Virus record (IMG/VR): IMGVR_UViG_3300029177_000001
Coordinates: 26,630-90,629 of that record
Length of the DNA stretch: 64,000 nt
Strand: one strand, 5' to 3'
DNA from: a virus
This document shows, piece after piece, positions 15,949-25,257 of the stretch (the first letter of the stretch is position 1; every line of letters begins with the position of its first letter). Under the pieces are notes generated by a model that worked only from the letters and a program-made list of their open reading frames with translations, did no database searches and was not told where the DNA came from. The translations under genes and the position numbers were made by a program.

Positions 15949-16776
15949 GTGATTATTATCGGAGAGTACAAGCCAATTAATTTTACATATTATGATCCGA
16001 GAACCAGCATTTTTAAATCTGGGAAAAGTGACAGAGAAAGTATTTCTGTTTATAAGTGTAATAATTGCGAAAATTGCGATGCTTATAAGCGTAAATGTTG
16101 TGTGATGCTAAATTGGAGGCATAGTTGTCCTTACGGCACAATTGAAAAGAAAGAAGGTTTTACAAAAGCAGCACGTAAATGCGGATATTTAGTAAGTGAA
16201 TATAAGGGAAAATACGGAGATGTTGAATATGCGTTAAAATCATTAAATTTTGTATGTGAAATTGGAGATTATGTTTTTCTTGGATTGCCGCATCTTAATG
16301 GATATAATAATCCAATTCGAAATAGTGATTTCTTTGTAGATGATGACATGATTAAAAAAGATGAATTTACACCTGAATTCGTTGTAGAGCTTATTAAATA
16401 TAAACCATATGCGCTCATGGGTGGAGTAATTTCTTCTTATCAGAAAGAATATGTTCCAAAGTTTTGTGATCAACTAAAAAGACTTATGCCTGACATATAT
16501 AGAAAAGTATGTGAAATCTATCCGGAAATTGAACAGATAGTGGAGAATATTGATTATATAGACAAGATGGCAAAATTAATGACACTTCTTCCTGGGAAAG
16601 TTAAATTATCCACAGATATTCTTGAGTGGGATGGTGAATTATTACATGGGAAAGGAAAACAAATTTCTTTTTGGAAACTAAATGATGAGGAAGTGATTAT
16701 TTTTCCAAATAAAAACACGATAGTAACAATTTGTGATAATTCAACGGTGACTGAAGAGACAGAATTTATTGAATAG
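15949..16776 (+). CDS. hypothetical protein, N-terminal Cys cluster
   Basis: 'CNNCENCDAYKRKCC'. GTG start after aggag. Confidence 0.55.
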   Translation: MIIIGEYKPINFTYYDPRTSIFKSGKSDRESISVYKCNNCENCDAYKRKCCVMLNWRHSCPYGTIEKKEGFTKAARKCGYLVSEYKGKYGDVEYALKSLNFVCEIGDYVFLGLPHLNGYNNPIRNSDFFVDDDMIKKDEFTPEFVVELIKYKPYALMGGVISSYQKEYVPKFCDQLKRLMPDIYRKVCEIYPEIEQIVENIDYIDKMAKLMTLLPGKVKLSTDILEWDGELLHGKGKQISFWKLNDEEVIIFPNKNTIVTICDNSTVTEETEFIE

Positions 16777-16788
16777 AAGGTGTAAAAA

Positions 16789-17133
16789 GTGAAACATAAA
16801 GTTGGAGATAAAGTAAAGATCCGTAGAGATTTGCAGGTTGGAAAAATATATAATGGTGTTGCAGTTGTTGAAGAAATGGTCGAGCTTGCAGGGAAAACTG
16901 CAACAATAGAATGTGTTAATGAAGACTGCTATGGAGATATTAATTACTATTTAGAAGAGGATAAAGACGGTTGGTATTGGACGGAATTAATGTTTGATTA
17001 TGCCGTAACAAATGCAGACAGAATCAGAAATATGAGTGATGAAAAACTGGCTGATTTTTTAAGAAAGGTAACACTTGGTGCTGCATCTTGTGAGACATGG
17101 ATAGAGTGGTTGACAAGTAAAAAATGGAAATAA
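16789..17133 (+). CDS. hypothetical protein
   Basis: GTG start after aaggtg. Confidence 0.55.
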   Translation: MKHKVGDKVKIRRDLQVGKIYNGVAVVEEMVELAGKTATIECVNEDCYGDINYYLEEDKDGWYWTELMFDYAVTNADRIRNMSDEKLADFLRKVTLGAASCETWIEWLTSKKWK

Positions 17134-17182
17134 TAAGATAGAAATTCGTAATTTATATGAAATTTTAATGGTGTAAAAGTTT

Positions 17183-17476
17183 ATGGAAATAAGAAAACAT
17201 AAAGTAGATAATGTATGGATTTTTGGTGAATATGATTTCTATGTTGATAACAAATTAGTTGCACAACTCAGAAATCAATTGGTTGGAACAGATTATGTTT
17301 ATCTGTATTTTCTTCCAGATCTATATAATTGTACCGATAGAACAAGGATTAATTTGAGGTATATGACTTATAACGAAGTCATTAAAAAGGCAACTAATAT
17401 TGTAGTAAAAAAATTATATTTGATTACTACAAATGTATTATCGGAAATAAAAAAGGTTGAAATAATCGAGGAATAA
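17183..17476 (+). CDS. hypothetical protein
   Basis: Plus-strand ORF in array. Confidence 0.5.
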   Translation: MEIRKHKVDNVWIFGEYDFYVDNKLVAQLRNQLVGTDYVYLYFLPDLYNCTDRTRINLRYMTYNEVIKKATNIVVKKLYLITTNVLSEIKKVEIIEE

Positions 17477-17585
17477 TTGTTACGAATAAATTATCAAATA
17501 AGGAAGAATGGAGCTAGACTGGTGTATATATGATGGAGAATAAAACAAATGAAAACTGGATTTCAAACAGACTGGAGGAACAAAA

Positions 17586-17867
17586 GTGAAACCAAAACTA
17601 GGTAGAAAAGTATACTGCATTTATGAAACAGGAATTATGGTCGATCGTGTTGGCTATGTTGGAAAAGATAGTTTTATAGTTGAAAGTTATGGATTATCGA
17701 CAGTACCGAGTAGTTGGGAATGGAACTATGATATGTATGGAAAACGATGGTTTACAAACTTATCAGAAGCTAAAAAGGTGTTGATCGATATCTATAAAGA
17801 AAGATATGAAAACAAATTAAAAATAGTGAAGATTGCAGATGATTGGTATGCGCTTGAGTTTTGTTAA
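17586..17867 (+). CDS. hypothetical protein
   Basis: GTG start after ggagga. Confidence 0.5.
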   Translation: MKPKLGRKVYCIYETGIMVDRVGYVGKDSFIVESYGLSTVPSSWEWNYDMYGKRWFTNLSEAKKVLIDIYKERYENKLKIVKIADDWYALEFC

Positions 17868-17890
17868 TATGGGAGAAGGTGGTATAGAAA

Positions 17891-18169
17891 ATGAATAAAG
17901 ATTGGAATTCAATTAAGAGGGTTGGGCTTCCAGAATTAGAAGAGGTTACAACAACTAATTTTAGTTCTGTATATAAAAGCAAAGAAGTTCTAATTCAAAC
18001 CAAACGAGGTGAGCGGTTTGTAGCATATTGCAGAAAAGAAGTGTATGCGAACAAGAAATGGAAAGATGAAGTTTATTGGTTTTCACATGGAACAGGTGGA
18101 AGAAAAATGAAGGTGATGAGTACAGTTGTTGCTTGGATGGAATTACCTGAGAAATATGAAGGAGAATAA
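17891..18169 (+). CDS. DUF551-like protein
   Basis: 'W.SIKRVGLPELEE...VLIQT' is a DUF551-like pattern. aaggtgg RBS. Confidence 0.45.
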   Translation: MNKDWNSIKRVGLPELEEVTTTNFSSVYKSKEVLIQTKRGERFVAYCRKEVYANKKWKDEVYWFSHGTGGRKMKVMSTVVAWMELPEKYEGE

Positions 18170-18172
18170 GAA

Positions 18173-18601
18173 ATGATTAAAGAATTTTGCTTGGCATGGG
18201 AGAAAAATAAAGGAAAACTTGAGGAATATTTTAGAAATACAAAACAGGAAAAATACAATGTGTACAGAAATTTAGTTGAGCTGCTATTTGATATTGTTAT
18301 TAATCCTGAATTTGGAGGTTGGAATACTAACAAATTTGATACAAAAAATATTTTGACAATTGATGACGGAGATTATCAAGGAACAGAAATTTTTATTTTG
18401 CATAAGGATGTGTACCAGCCAGATATCGAAGATTATGTATATACAAATACATATTATGGTTCATGCAGCGGTTGTGATACTTTGTTATCAATTAACGAAT
18501 ACGAAGATGGATTACCAAGTGAGTCTCAGGTTAATGATTACATGGATCTATGTTTACATCTTTTACAGAGATGTCATTATATGATTGACGAGGAGAAATA
18601 A
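18173..18601 (+). CDS. hypothetical protein
   Basis: aaggaga RBS. No domain recognised. Confidence 0.55.
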   Translation: MIKEFCLAWEKNKGKLEEYFRNTKQEKYNVYRNLVELLFDIVINPEFGGWNTNKFDTKNILTIDDGDYQGTEIFILHKDVYQPDIEDYVYTNTYYGSCSGCDTLLSINEYEDGLPSESQVNDYMDLCLHLLQRCHYMIDEEK

Positions 18602-18608
18602 AGATTAT

Positions 18609-19034
18609 ATGAACACTGAATTTAATGAAGAAAAAGAGATTGAATTGATTAACAGTATTATACGAGAAGCTATTGTACATGGTTCTGATGAAGGAGGAGC
18701 ATATGAAATTAATGAAGATGGTCTTAGAGAATCAGTTTCAGAATGGCTTGAGTATCATGATTTGTCTGAAAAATATACATTAAGAGAATTTAGCGACGGA
18801 TGGAATGTTATGAAACTTTGTAGAAATTTTGAAACATTGACGGATATTAAAAATATGACAGATTTAAGGAAATGGGAACTATGGGTAAAATCTTTTGGAA
18901 TTAAATGTAGAATAGAAAATAATGATGCTCTTTCTTATAAATACTTATATGTGAACGGCATAAATTATTTGGTAAAAATTGTTTTTGATGGTGCAACAGA
19001 AATGTTCAAATATATCGACCAAGAAAATTATTAA
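18609..19034 (+). CDS. hypothetical protein
   Basis: ORF track 18585..19034. ATG 18609 follows gaggaga and avoids overlap. Confidence 0.55.
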   Translation: MNTEFNEEKEIELINSIIREAIVHGSDEGGAYEINEDGLRESVSEWLEYHDLSEKYTLREFSDGWNVMKLCRNFETLTDIKNMTDLRKWELWVKSFGIKCRIENNDALSYKYLYVNGINYLVKIVFDGATEMFKYIDQENY

Positions 19035-19074
19035 ATAGAAATTAAATCAGAAAGGATAAAAAGAATAGGTAGAT

Positions 19075-19419
19075 ATGACGTTTGAAAAATTACAGCAAAT
19101 TATAGAAGAAAATAATATTCCAGATGACGCTCAGTTACAATGTTATAGTGAACGGGAATGTCACGAAATAGAGATGGATGGACTTTATTATGATTCTGAA
19201 GAAAATAGATTGATTTTTACACGACAGGGAACCGTGTATGATAGATGTTTTCAAGAAGAGTTTTGTATCTTAAACGGGCGTAATAAAAGATGTAAAAATT
19301 GCAAACATTTATTATATTCAGATTGCGATTTACCAGGAAGAAGGATTCTTGGTGATTATATTAATGACAGAGAAATAGAAATTAACGACACATCGGATTG
19401 TAAGGATTTTGATTGTTAG
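19075..19419 (+). CDS. hypothetical Cys-rich protein
   Basis: 'CKNCKH...'. Plus-strand array. Confidence 0.5.
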   Translation: MTFEKLQQIIEENNIPDDAQLQCYSERECHEIEMDGLYYDSEENRLIFTRQGTVYDRCFQEEFCILNGRNKRCKNCKHLLYSDCDLPGRRILGDYINDREIEINDTSDCKDFDC

Positions 19420-19454
19420 TAATGAAATGTCTGTTTCATGTAAAGGAGTAGAAA

Positions 19455-19808
19455 ATGAAAATAGAGAAAAATAAACTTGTAAAAGTGAATTATAGTAGCG
19501 AAGAATTTATCGGGAACCTTTTTATAAAAAATGTAGAAGGATTAATTTTAGATACAATAAGAGTTTATGGATATATGCACAATGAAAGAAATAAAATGGA
19601 AGAATGTCCATATAGCATAGACAAAAATGATATCAATATTATAACTACTATTACTCCAGGAGGACATTATGATAGATACATTTTAAAAGCAATGCGAGTA
19701 ATTAATGCAGATGTAGTTAGAATTGATGCAGATGATTATTTAGACATTGGAGCAGATATGAACGGTAATTATGAGTTCGTTTTGAATAGAGAAAATATTG
19801 AAGTTTGA
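19455..19808 (+). CDS. hypothetical protein
   Basis: aaaggag RBS. Confidence 0.55.
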   Translation: MKIEKNKLVKVNYSSEEFIGNLFIKNVEGLILDTIRVYGYMHNERNKMEECPYSIDKNDINIITTITPGGHYDRYILKAMRVINADVVRIDADDYLDIGADMNGNYEFVLNRENIEV

Positions 19809-19811
19809 TTT

Positions 19812-20015
19812 ATGAAAATTATTAAACAAGGTGATTATATAACAGCTAATAGAATTATTAAATTTTCATGCCAAAATTGTGGTTGTGTATTTGAAGCGGG
19901 CAAGAATGAATATGCAGAATATTATGAATGCAAAAATAAAGTGCGTAAAGTACGCGCCATAATATTTTGTCCATGTTGTGGAAGAATGGTACATGGTTCA
20001 TATAACAAAAAGTAA
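19812..20015 (+). CDS. zinc-ribbon protein
   Basis: 'CQNCGC...CPCCG'. Confidence 0.55.
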   Translation: MKIIKQGDYITANRIIKFSCQNCGCVFEAGKNEYAEYYECKNKVRKVRAIIFCPCCGRMVHGSYNKK

Positions 20016-20071
20016 TATATAATATATCAACATTATGTTGATGAAGATATGAATTTAAAAGGAGCGTACAC

Positions 20072-20332
20072 ATGAATAGTTTTGAAAATATTTTTGGAGA
20101 TTACTTTGATGCATACAAAACTACATCCAGATATATGGATGATTCTAAGATGGAAATTATGTTTCGTCGTCAGGAATTTGAAAAGAATTTAGATGATATG
20201 TGGGCTAACTATAGCAAGGGTATAGTTGTGCAATTGGTTAATTATAATAAGCAGCTTGAGAGTATTAAGAGTTGTGGTTTAAAAGTATTAAGGAATTCAT
20301 CTGGACAACATAAGATCATTGTTCCGAAATAA
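20072..20332 (+). CDS. hypothetical protein
   Basis: aaaggag RBS. Confidence 0.55.
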   Translation: MNSFENIFGDYFDAYKTTSRYMDDSKMEIMFRRQEFEKNLDDMWANYSKGIVVQLVNYNKQLESIKSCGLKVLRNSSGQHKIIVPK

Positions 20333-20351
20333 AATACAATTTTTATTTTAG

Positions 20352-21491
20352 GTGGTGAGAAAAATTAAAGTATATAAAGATAAACAATATCTTGTTTTTG
20401 AATATGATGGAAAAATTGTTAAATATGATTTAGCAAATAAAGTAGGTATTGGTTTAAAGGGTAAACCAGTAAAAGGTTTGCAGCGACAACTTAAAGATAT
20501 AAAGATTAAAGATATTATTGAATCATGTGAAGACAAAAACTACTCAGAGTTTTTAAAATACATATATAAAAAATATAGTAAATATATATGCAATTCTGGA
20601 ACATTTCTTTCTATGATTAATGAAAACAAGCATTTAGAACAATTATTTTCTTCCGGTTTAAAAGCAAGTCAAATACCATATAAGTTTGATTATTCATTAA
20701 ATGATATTCCAAAGTCACTTATTAAAATTGCAAAAGAACGAGAAATAGAATTATCAGAATCATTAGTTAAGTATTGGAAACATAATATTGATGCTCATTA
20801 TATTGCGTTCCAAACAGAGTTTATTTCATTGACTGATAAAAATCTAATTGAACTTTTTACATATGAAAAAAATTTTGGAGATTATAGAATTCCAAACTAT
20901 CAATCCGTATTTAATTATTTGATTGATGTATATAATTACAACCCCAAATCTCTTCTTATGTACATTGATTCACTAATAACATATGAAGCAATAGATAGTA
21001 TTGGATATATAGCAAGAGAACTTTATGATTATGTGAAAATGATGAGTACGATCAGTAGTAAATTTGATAAATATCCAAGAAATTTTTTGACAACGCATAA
21101 AATTGCCTGTAGAAACTACAATCGTTTAAAGCAGGAGTTTTCAGAAGAACTGTTTAAGAAAAGAATCAGAACAGATTATGAGTGCGTATATAAAGGATAT
21201 CAATTTGTATATCCAAAATCTATACAAGAAATTAAAGACGAAGCTGTTCAACAACATAATTGCGTTGCTTCTTATATTGATGATGTTATCAATGGGAAAT
21301 GTCATATTCTATTTTTGAGAAAAAGAGATAGTTTAGATAAGAGTTTGGTAACTATTGAAGTAAATACATATACAGAAACTATTGTACAAGCCAAAGGAAA
21401 GTTTAATAGAGATACAACAGAAGAAGAGAATAAAGTAATAGAAGCATGGAATAAAAAGTTTTCAATTAAAAGAGAGGAGATGGCGGCATGA
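20352..21491 (+). CDS. PcfJ-like domain protein
   Basis: C-terminal 'EIKDEAVQQHNCVASYIDDVINGKCHILFLRKRDSLDKSLVTIEVN...IVQAKGKFN' matches the PcfJ-like pattern. Confidence 0.6.
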   Translation: MVRKIKVYKDKQYLVFEYDGKIVKYDLANKVGIGLKGKPVKGLQRQLKDIKIKDIIESCEDKNYSEFLKYIYKKYSKYICNSGTFLSMINENKHLEQLFSSGLKASQIPYKFDYSLNDIPKSLIKIAKEREIELSESLVKYWKHNIDAHYIAFQTEFISLTDKNLIELFTYEKNFGDYRIPNYQSVFNYLIDVYNYNPKSLLMYIDSLITYEAIDSIGYIARELYDYVKMMSTISSKFDKYPRNFLTTHKIACRNYNRLKQEFSEELFKKRIRTDYECVYKGYQFVYPKSIQEIKDEAVQQHNCVASYIDDVINGKCHILFLRKRDSLDKSLVTIEVNTYTETIVQAKGKFNRDTTEEENKVIEAWNKKFSIKREEMAA

Positions 21492-21943
21492 TTAAAGGAG
21501 ATAAGATAAAACTGGTAAAAAAGATGGGAATGTTTGATAACATTGGAGAAATCTGTGAAGTTATTAATGTAGATGAAAATGGAGTTATTAGTTTTAGGTT
21601 CGGTATAAATGGAATACATTTAGGATGTATGTCTTATAACGAATTTGAAAAATATTTTGAATTAGTTCAGGAGACAAAACGTGAATGGAGTTCTTGGAAA
21701 ACTGAAAGATTGTTTTATGAGAATTTAAATGGAGATCATATTTCAACAACTATTTATTACAGACATAATGGTAAAAAAATTAGAGTTAAAGGTCTTTGTG
21801 AAGATGGCACATTTGTTAGTGCAGAATCATCTTGTCATAGTGAAGATAAATTCAATTTAGACAGAGGACTAAAATTAGCAGAATATAGATTAGTAGTTAA
21901 ATTATTACAAAAAGAAGTAGAAGATTTTGCAAAGACAATGTAA
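21488..21943 (+). CDS. hypothetical protein (shares C-terminal motif with 30932..31444)
   Basis: ATGA overlap. 'CHSEDKFNLDRGLKLA' compares with 'CNDKDNFDLRRGLFVA' in ORF 30932. Confidence 0.55.
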   Translation: MIKGDKIKLVKKMGMFDNIGEICEVINVDENGVISFRFGINGIHLGCMSYNEFEKYFELVQETKREWSSWKTERLFYENLNGDHISTTIYYRHNGKKIRVKGLCEDGTFVSAESSCHSEDKFNLDRGLKLAEYRLVVKLLQKEVEDFAKTM

Positions 21944-21971
21944 AGAATTGTTTTGGTTTTGAGCTATTAAA

Positions 21972-22352
21972 ATGGTAGAAATTTTAGCAGAAACAGAATA
22001 TCAGGATTTATATAGGATTACAGATGGTGTGTTGCTTGTTGTAAATAAATTTAAACCGATTGATTATGGGGAAGACAAGTATGTTTCGCTGTATGATCCA
22101 AAGGTTAAATCGTATAACAAAGGATGTCAGAAACGATTAAAAATTCTAAAAGAAGATTATTATAAACAGTACGATGATATAACAGTACCTAAAGGAACTG
22201 TATTGTATTATGAAAGACCTGTTGAATTGGCGGATAAATCTGAATGGAATTATCAAGTTAAGACAACAGGCGAATCATTAAGTGGTGATTTTGATGAAGT
22301 TACAGAATTACTAAATGAAATTCTGAAAAAGATAAATAGCAACAGAGAATAA
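21972..22352 (+). CDS. hypothetical protein
   Basis: Plus-strand ORF in array. Confidence 0.5.
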   Translation: MVEILAETEYQDLYRITDGVLLVVNKFKPIDYGEDKYVSLYDPKVKSYNKGCQKRLKILKEDYYKQYDDITVPKGTVLYYERPVELADKSEWNYQVKTTGESLSGDFDEVTELLNEILKKINSNRE

Positions 22353-22470
22353 TTTTTTGACGGTCATGAACGTCGATTGAAATATATTTTTCATTTGAAT
22401 GAGATCAGTTGCAAATGGTCTTATTACATAGATATTTAAGAAAGGATAAATGAGCAATCCTAGGTAGAAT

Positions 22471-22496
22471 GTGTGTACACACCTCTTATATAGAGG
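22471..22496 (+). promoter_or_regulatory. two adjacent palindromes over the methyltransferase RBS
   Basis: gtgtgtacacac (22471-22482) is a perfect 12-bp palindrome. acctct-tatat-agaggt (22481-22497) pairs across the gagg SD 3 nt before ATG 22500. Confidence 0.4.
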
Positions 22497-22499
22497 TAA

Positions 22500-24335
22500 A
22501 TGGTAGAAAATAAAGATAAAAAATATAATTCAGATAAACATTGGGAACTTGTAAATTTTTGTGAATTTGATAAGTATGCAACAAAAAGCTACTGTGCAAT
22601 TCACGATGTAGATGAAAGTAAAAATCTTGGTGATATCACAAAGGTCGATGAAACTGAATTAGATGATTTTAATATGATTTGTGGAGGATCACCGTGCCAG
22701 GATTTCAGCGTGGCAGGAAAACAAAAGGGGTCTGTATGGACTTGTAAAGATTGTGGACATGAATATAATCCATTAACAGTTCATTGGAGTAAAAGAGATT
22801 GTTGTCCGAATTGTAAAAGCGAAAATATTGAAAAAACAAGATCATCTCTTCTTGTAGAATATTTACGAGTAGTTAGAGCAAATAAACCTAATTTTGGAAT
22901 TTATGAGAATGTAAAAAATATTGTTGGGAAACAGTTTAAAGATACAACTTTTAAATTATTTACTGATGAATTAGAGGAATATGGATATAACGTATATTGG
23001 AAGGTTTTGAATGCTAAAAATTATGGAATTCCACAGAACAGAGAACGTGTATATCTATTATTTATTAAAAAGGATTTGGATAATGGTAAGTTTGAATTTC
23101 CGGAACCTTTTGATAATGGTCTGAGATTGAAAGATTTATTAGAAGATAAAGTTGATGAGAAGTTTTATATTTCTGATGAGAAAGTTAATAGATTTATTAC
23201 AAATTTAAATGACAAAAATTCTTTATTATATGATCCATGCCAAGTAAAAAGAGAAGGAAAGAGCAGAGAATATTCTGAATATGCACCAACATTAACTTCG
23301 AGAGATTATAAAGATCCAAGATTAGTAAATGAAAATGTTGTAAGACAAGTTGGAAATATTTCCGATTGTAATGGAGCATGGGACAATCCGCAAGTAGGGA
23401 GAGTTTATGATGTAAGTGGTTGCAGTCCAACATTGAATACATGCAGTGGTGGTGGTCATGAACCGAAGGTTATTACAGGAATTGATAAGTCATATAACAA
23501 TCCAAAATTCATTGAAACAGCTAATTGTATTACTTCACGAGAAGATCGTGGTGTTTCAAATAGGGAATCCGAAGGTACAGCAGTTTTAGAAACTCCAAAT
23601 ATTAGTTATTGTTTGGATTCTAACTATTACAAAGGAACAACAATAGAACAATATATGAATAAACATCGTAGACAATTGATAGTCGAAAATAATAAAGTTG
23701 CAATCAGACAAGCCACTAAGCAAGGTTATATCGAATGTGAAGTAGGTGGAGTTGCAGATTTGTCTTATCCAGACAGTAAAACTAGAAGAGGCCGAGTACA
23801 GGATAATGGGAATACATGTCCGACAATTACTGCAACAGAAACAGGCATTTGTAGAATTGAGCCTAAAGAAAGATTTTTTAAACAAGCACTTGAAACTTTA
23901 AATGAAAATGATTGTAACTCTGGAGATACAATTAATGCATTTAATAAACATGTAGATAAAAGTGGGTATTCTCCTACATTAACAACAAGACCAGAAGGAT
24001 TTAAAACAGCAATTCTACCAGTTACAGATGATATTAGAATTCGTAAGCTAACTCCAAAAGAGTGTTTCAGGCTCATGGGATTTTCTGATGAAAATTTCGA
24101 TGCAGCACAGAAAGCAGGAGTTTCAAATAGTCAATTATATAAACAGGCAGGTAATTCAATTGTGGTAGATGTTCTTTATTACATATATGTAGAGTTATAT
24201 AAAGCTATGCCTTATTTGTTTGATGATCTGAAATTAAGTAGTTTCTTTTCAGGAATTGGCGCTTTTGAGATTGCGCTTGATAAATTATATAAAGGTATCA
24301 ATTCCGGAAATTTTATCAATCCACAGACAGAGTAA
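22500..24335 (+). CDS. DNA (cytosine-5)-methyltransferase, SPR-like with several TRD-like modules, motif I at the C-terminus
   Basis: 'GGSPCQDFSVAGK' (IV), 'ENVKN' (VI), 'QNRERV' (VIII), 'RKLTPKECFRLMGF' (IX), 'LYKQAGNSIVVDVL' (X), then 'LSSFFSGIGAFEIAL' (I) at aa 580-594. About 330-aa variable region with repeated T(L/I)T modules. Zn-ribbon insert 'CKDCGH...CCPNCK'. Confidence 0.9.
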   Translation: MVENKDKKYNSDKHWELVNFCEFDKYATKSYCAIHDVDESKNLGDITKVDETELDDFNMICGGSPCQDFSVAGKQKGSVWTCKDCGHEYNPLTVHWSKRDCCPNCKSENIEKTRSSLLVEYLRVVRANKPNFGIYENVKNIVGKQFKDTTFKLFTDELEEYGYNVYWKVLNAKNYGIPQNRERVYLLFIKKDLDNGKFEFPEPFDNGLRLKDLLEDKVDEKFYISDEKVNRFITNLNDKNSLLYDPCQVKREGKSREYSEYAPTLTSRDYKDPRLVNENVVRQVGNISDCNGAWDNPQVGRVYDVSGCSPTLNTCSGGGHEPKVITGIDKSYNNPKFIETANCITSREDRGVSNRESEGTAVLETPNISYCLDSNYYKGTTIEQYMNKHRRQLIVENNKVAIRQATKQGYIECEVGGVADLSYPDSKTRRGRVQDNGNTCPTITATETGICRIEPKERFFKQALETLNENDCNSGDTINAFNKHVDKSGYSPTLTTRPEGFKTAILPVTDDIRIRKLTPKECFRLMGFSDENFDAAQKAGVSNSQLYKQAGNSIVVDVLYYIYVELYKAMPYLFDDLKLSSFFSGIGAFEIALDKLYKGINSGNFINPQTE

Positions 24336-24535
24336 AATCTGTTTGTGGGAAAGAATATTTCTGTCTGAAGTATCAGAGAACTGAATATGCAAAAAAGATT
24401 AGAAAAGAATACGAAACAGGTAAAATAAAAGAACGTAGATGCAATATGAGAGAATATACATTTAGGACAGATGGATGTAGCAATACAATAACAACAGTTC
24501 AAAAAGATAATTATATTGCAGAGATAAATAATTGA
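24293..24535 (+). pseudogene. relic of a second C5-methyltransferase copy (TRD fragment, no start codon)
   Basis: Frame +2 relative to the MTase reads '...CGKEYFCLKYQRTEYAKKIRKEYETGKIKERRCNMREYTFRTDGCSNTITTVQKDNYIAEINN*'. 'DG.SNTITT' is a TRD-type module. No RBS or start. Confidence 0.5.
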
Positions 24536-24562
24536 AACTCACGTTTCAAATGGAGAAATAAA

Positions 24563-25054
24563 ATGAAAACAAGATTGATTGATGCAGATAAGTTGGTTGA
24601 TTCGTTAAGAGCAAGTATGAATCATGGACGCGAAACATTTCCAGTAGATCTTATTGTTGAAGCGATTGATGAGCAACCAACTATTAAATATATAGAACAA
24701 ATATCCAGAGATGATATAGAGGATATATGTTTTAAATTAACATGTTATTACATAGCAACAACAGAACTATATGATAGATCATTGACTGATGAAAGAAGAG
24801 TAGAAGACAATACTGAGGCGTTTACATATTCAGATCCTAGAATCAGACGACTGTCTAATAAAAACGCTATTCTTACATATAAAATGATACAAACAATTGC
24901 AGAGTATAAATTTGGAATATCACGACTTGTCTTTAATAGAAGCTATAAAGAACAATTGAAAAGATGTGGCAATTTATCCGCACAGTGGTGGATAGATAAA
25001 TATAATTTTCTCTGTGAAAATGGTGAAATGGATTTTATTGAGGAGTGTTTATGA
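24563..25054 (+). CDS. hypothetical protein
   Basis: atggaga RBS. No domain recognised. Confidence 0.55.
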   Translation: MKTRLIDADKLVDSLRASMNHGRETFPVDLIVEAIDEQPTIKYIEQISRDDIEDICFKLTCYYIATTELYDRSLTDERRVEDNTEAFTYSDPRIRRLSNKNAILTYKMIQTIAEYKFGISRLVFNRSYKEQLKRCGNLSAQWWIDKYNFLCENGEMDFIEECL

Positions 25055-25230
25055 GCGATAAAAGCATGTCTGAATACTTTAGTAAAATGCGAAGAGAAAG
25101 ATATGAAGAGCAAAATTGCGAAAATAAAAATACTAAAAAAGAACAACTTATACAAGCGTTAGTAAAAGAATTAGGTTCATCAAAGGACAGAGAAAAGAGA
25201 ATCAGAAGAATTGTAAATAAATATTTGTGA
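25051..25230 (+). CDS. small basic hypothetical protein
   Basis: ORF track 25045..25230. ATG 25051 after gaggag, ATGA-type overlap. Confidence 0.5.
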   Translation: MSDKSMSEYFSKMRRERYEEQNCENKNTKKEQLIQALVKELGSSKDREKRIRRIVNKYL

Positions 25231-25257
25231 AGATGAGGTTATTATGAGGTGAAAATT

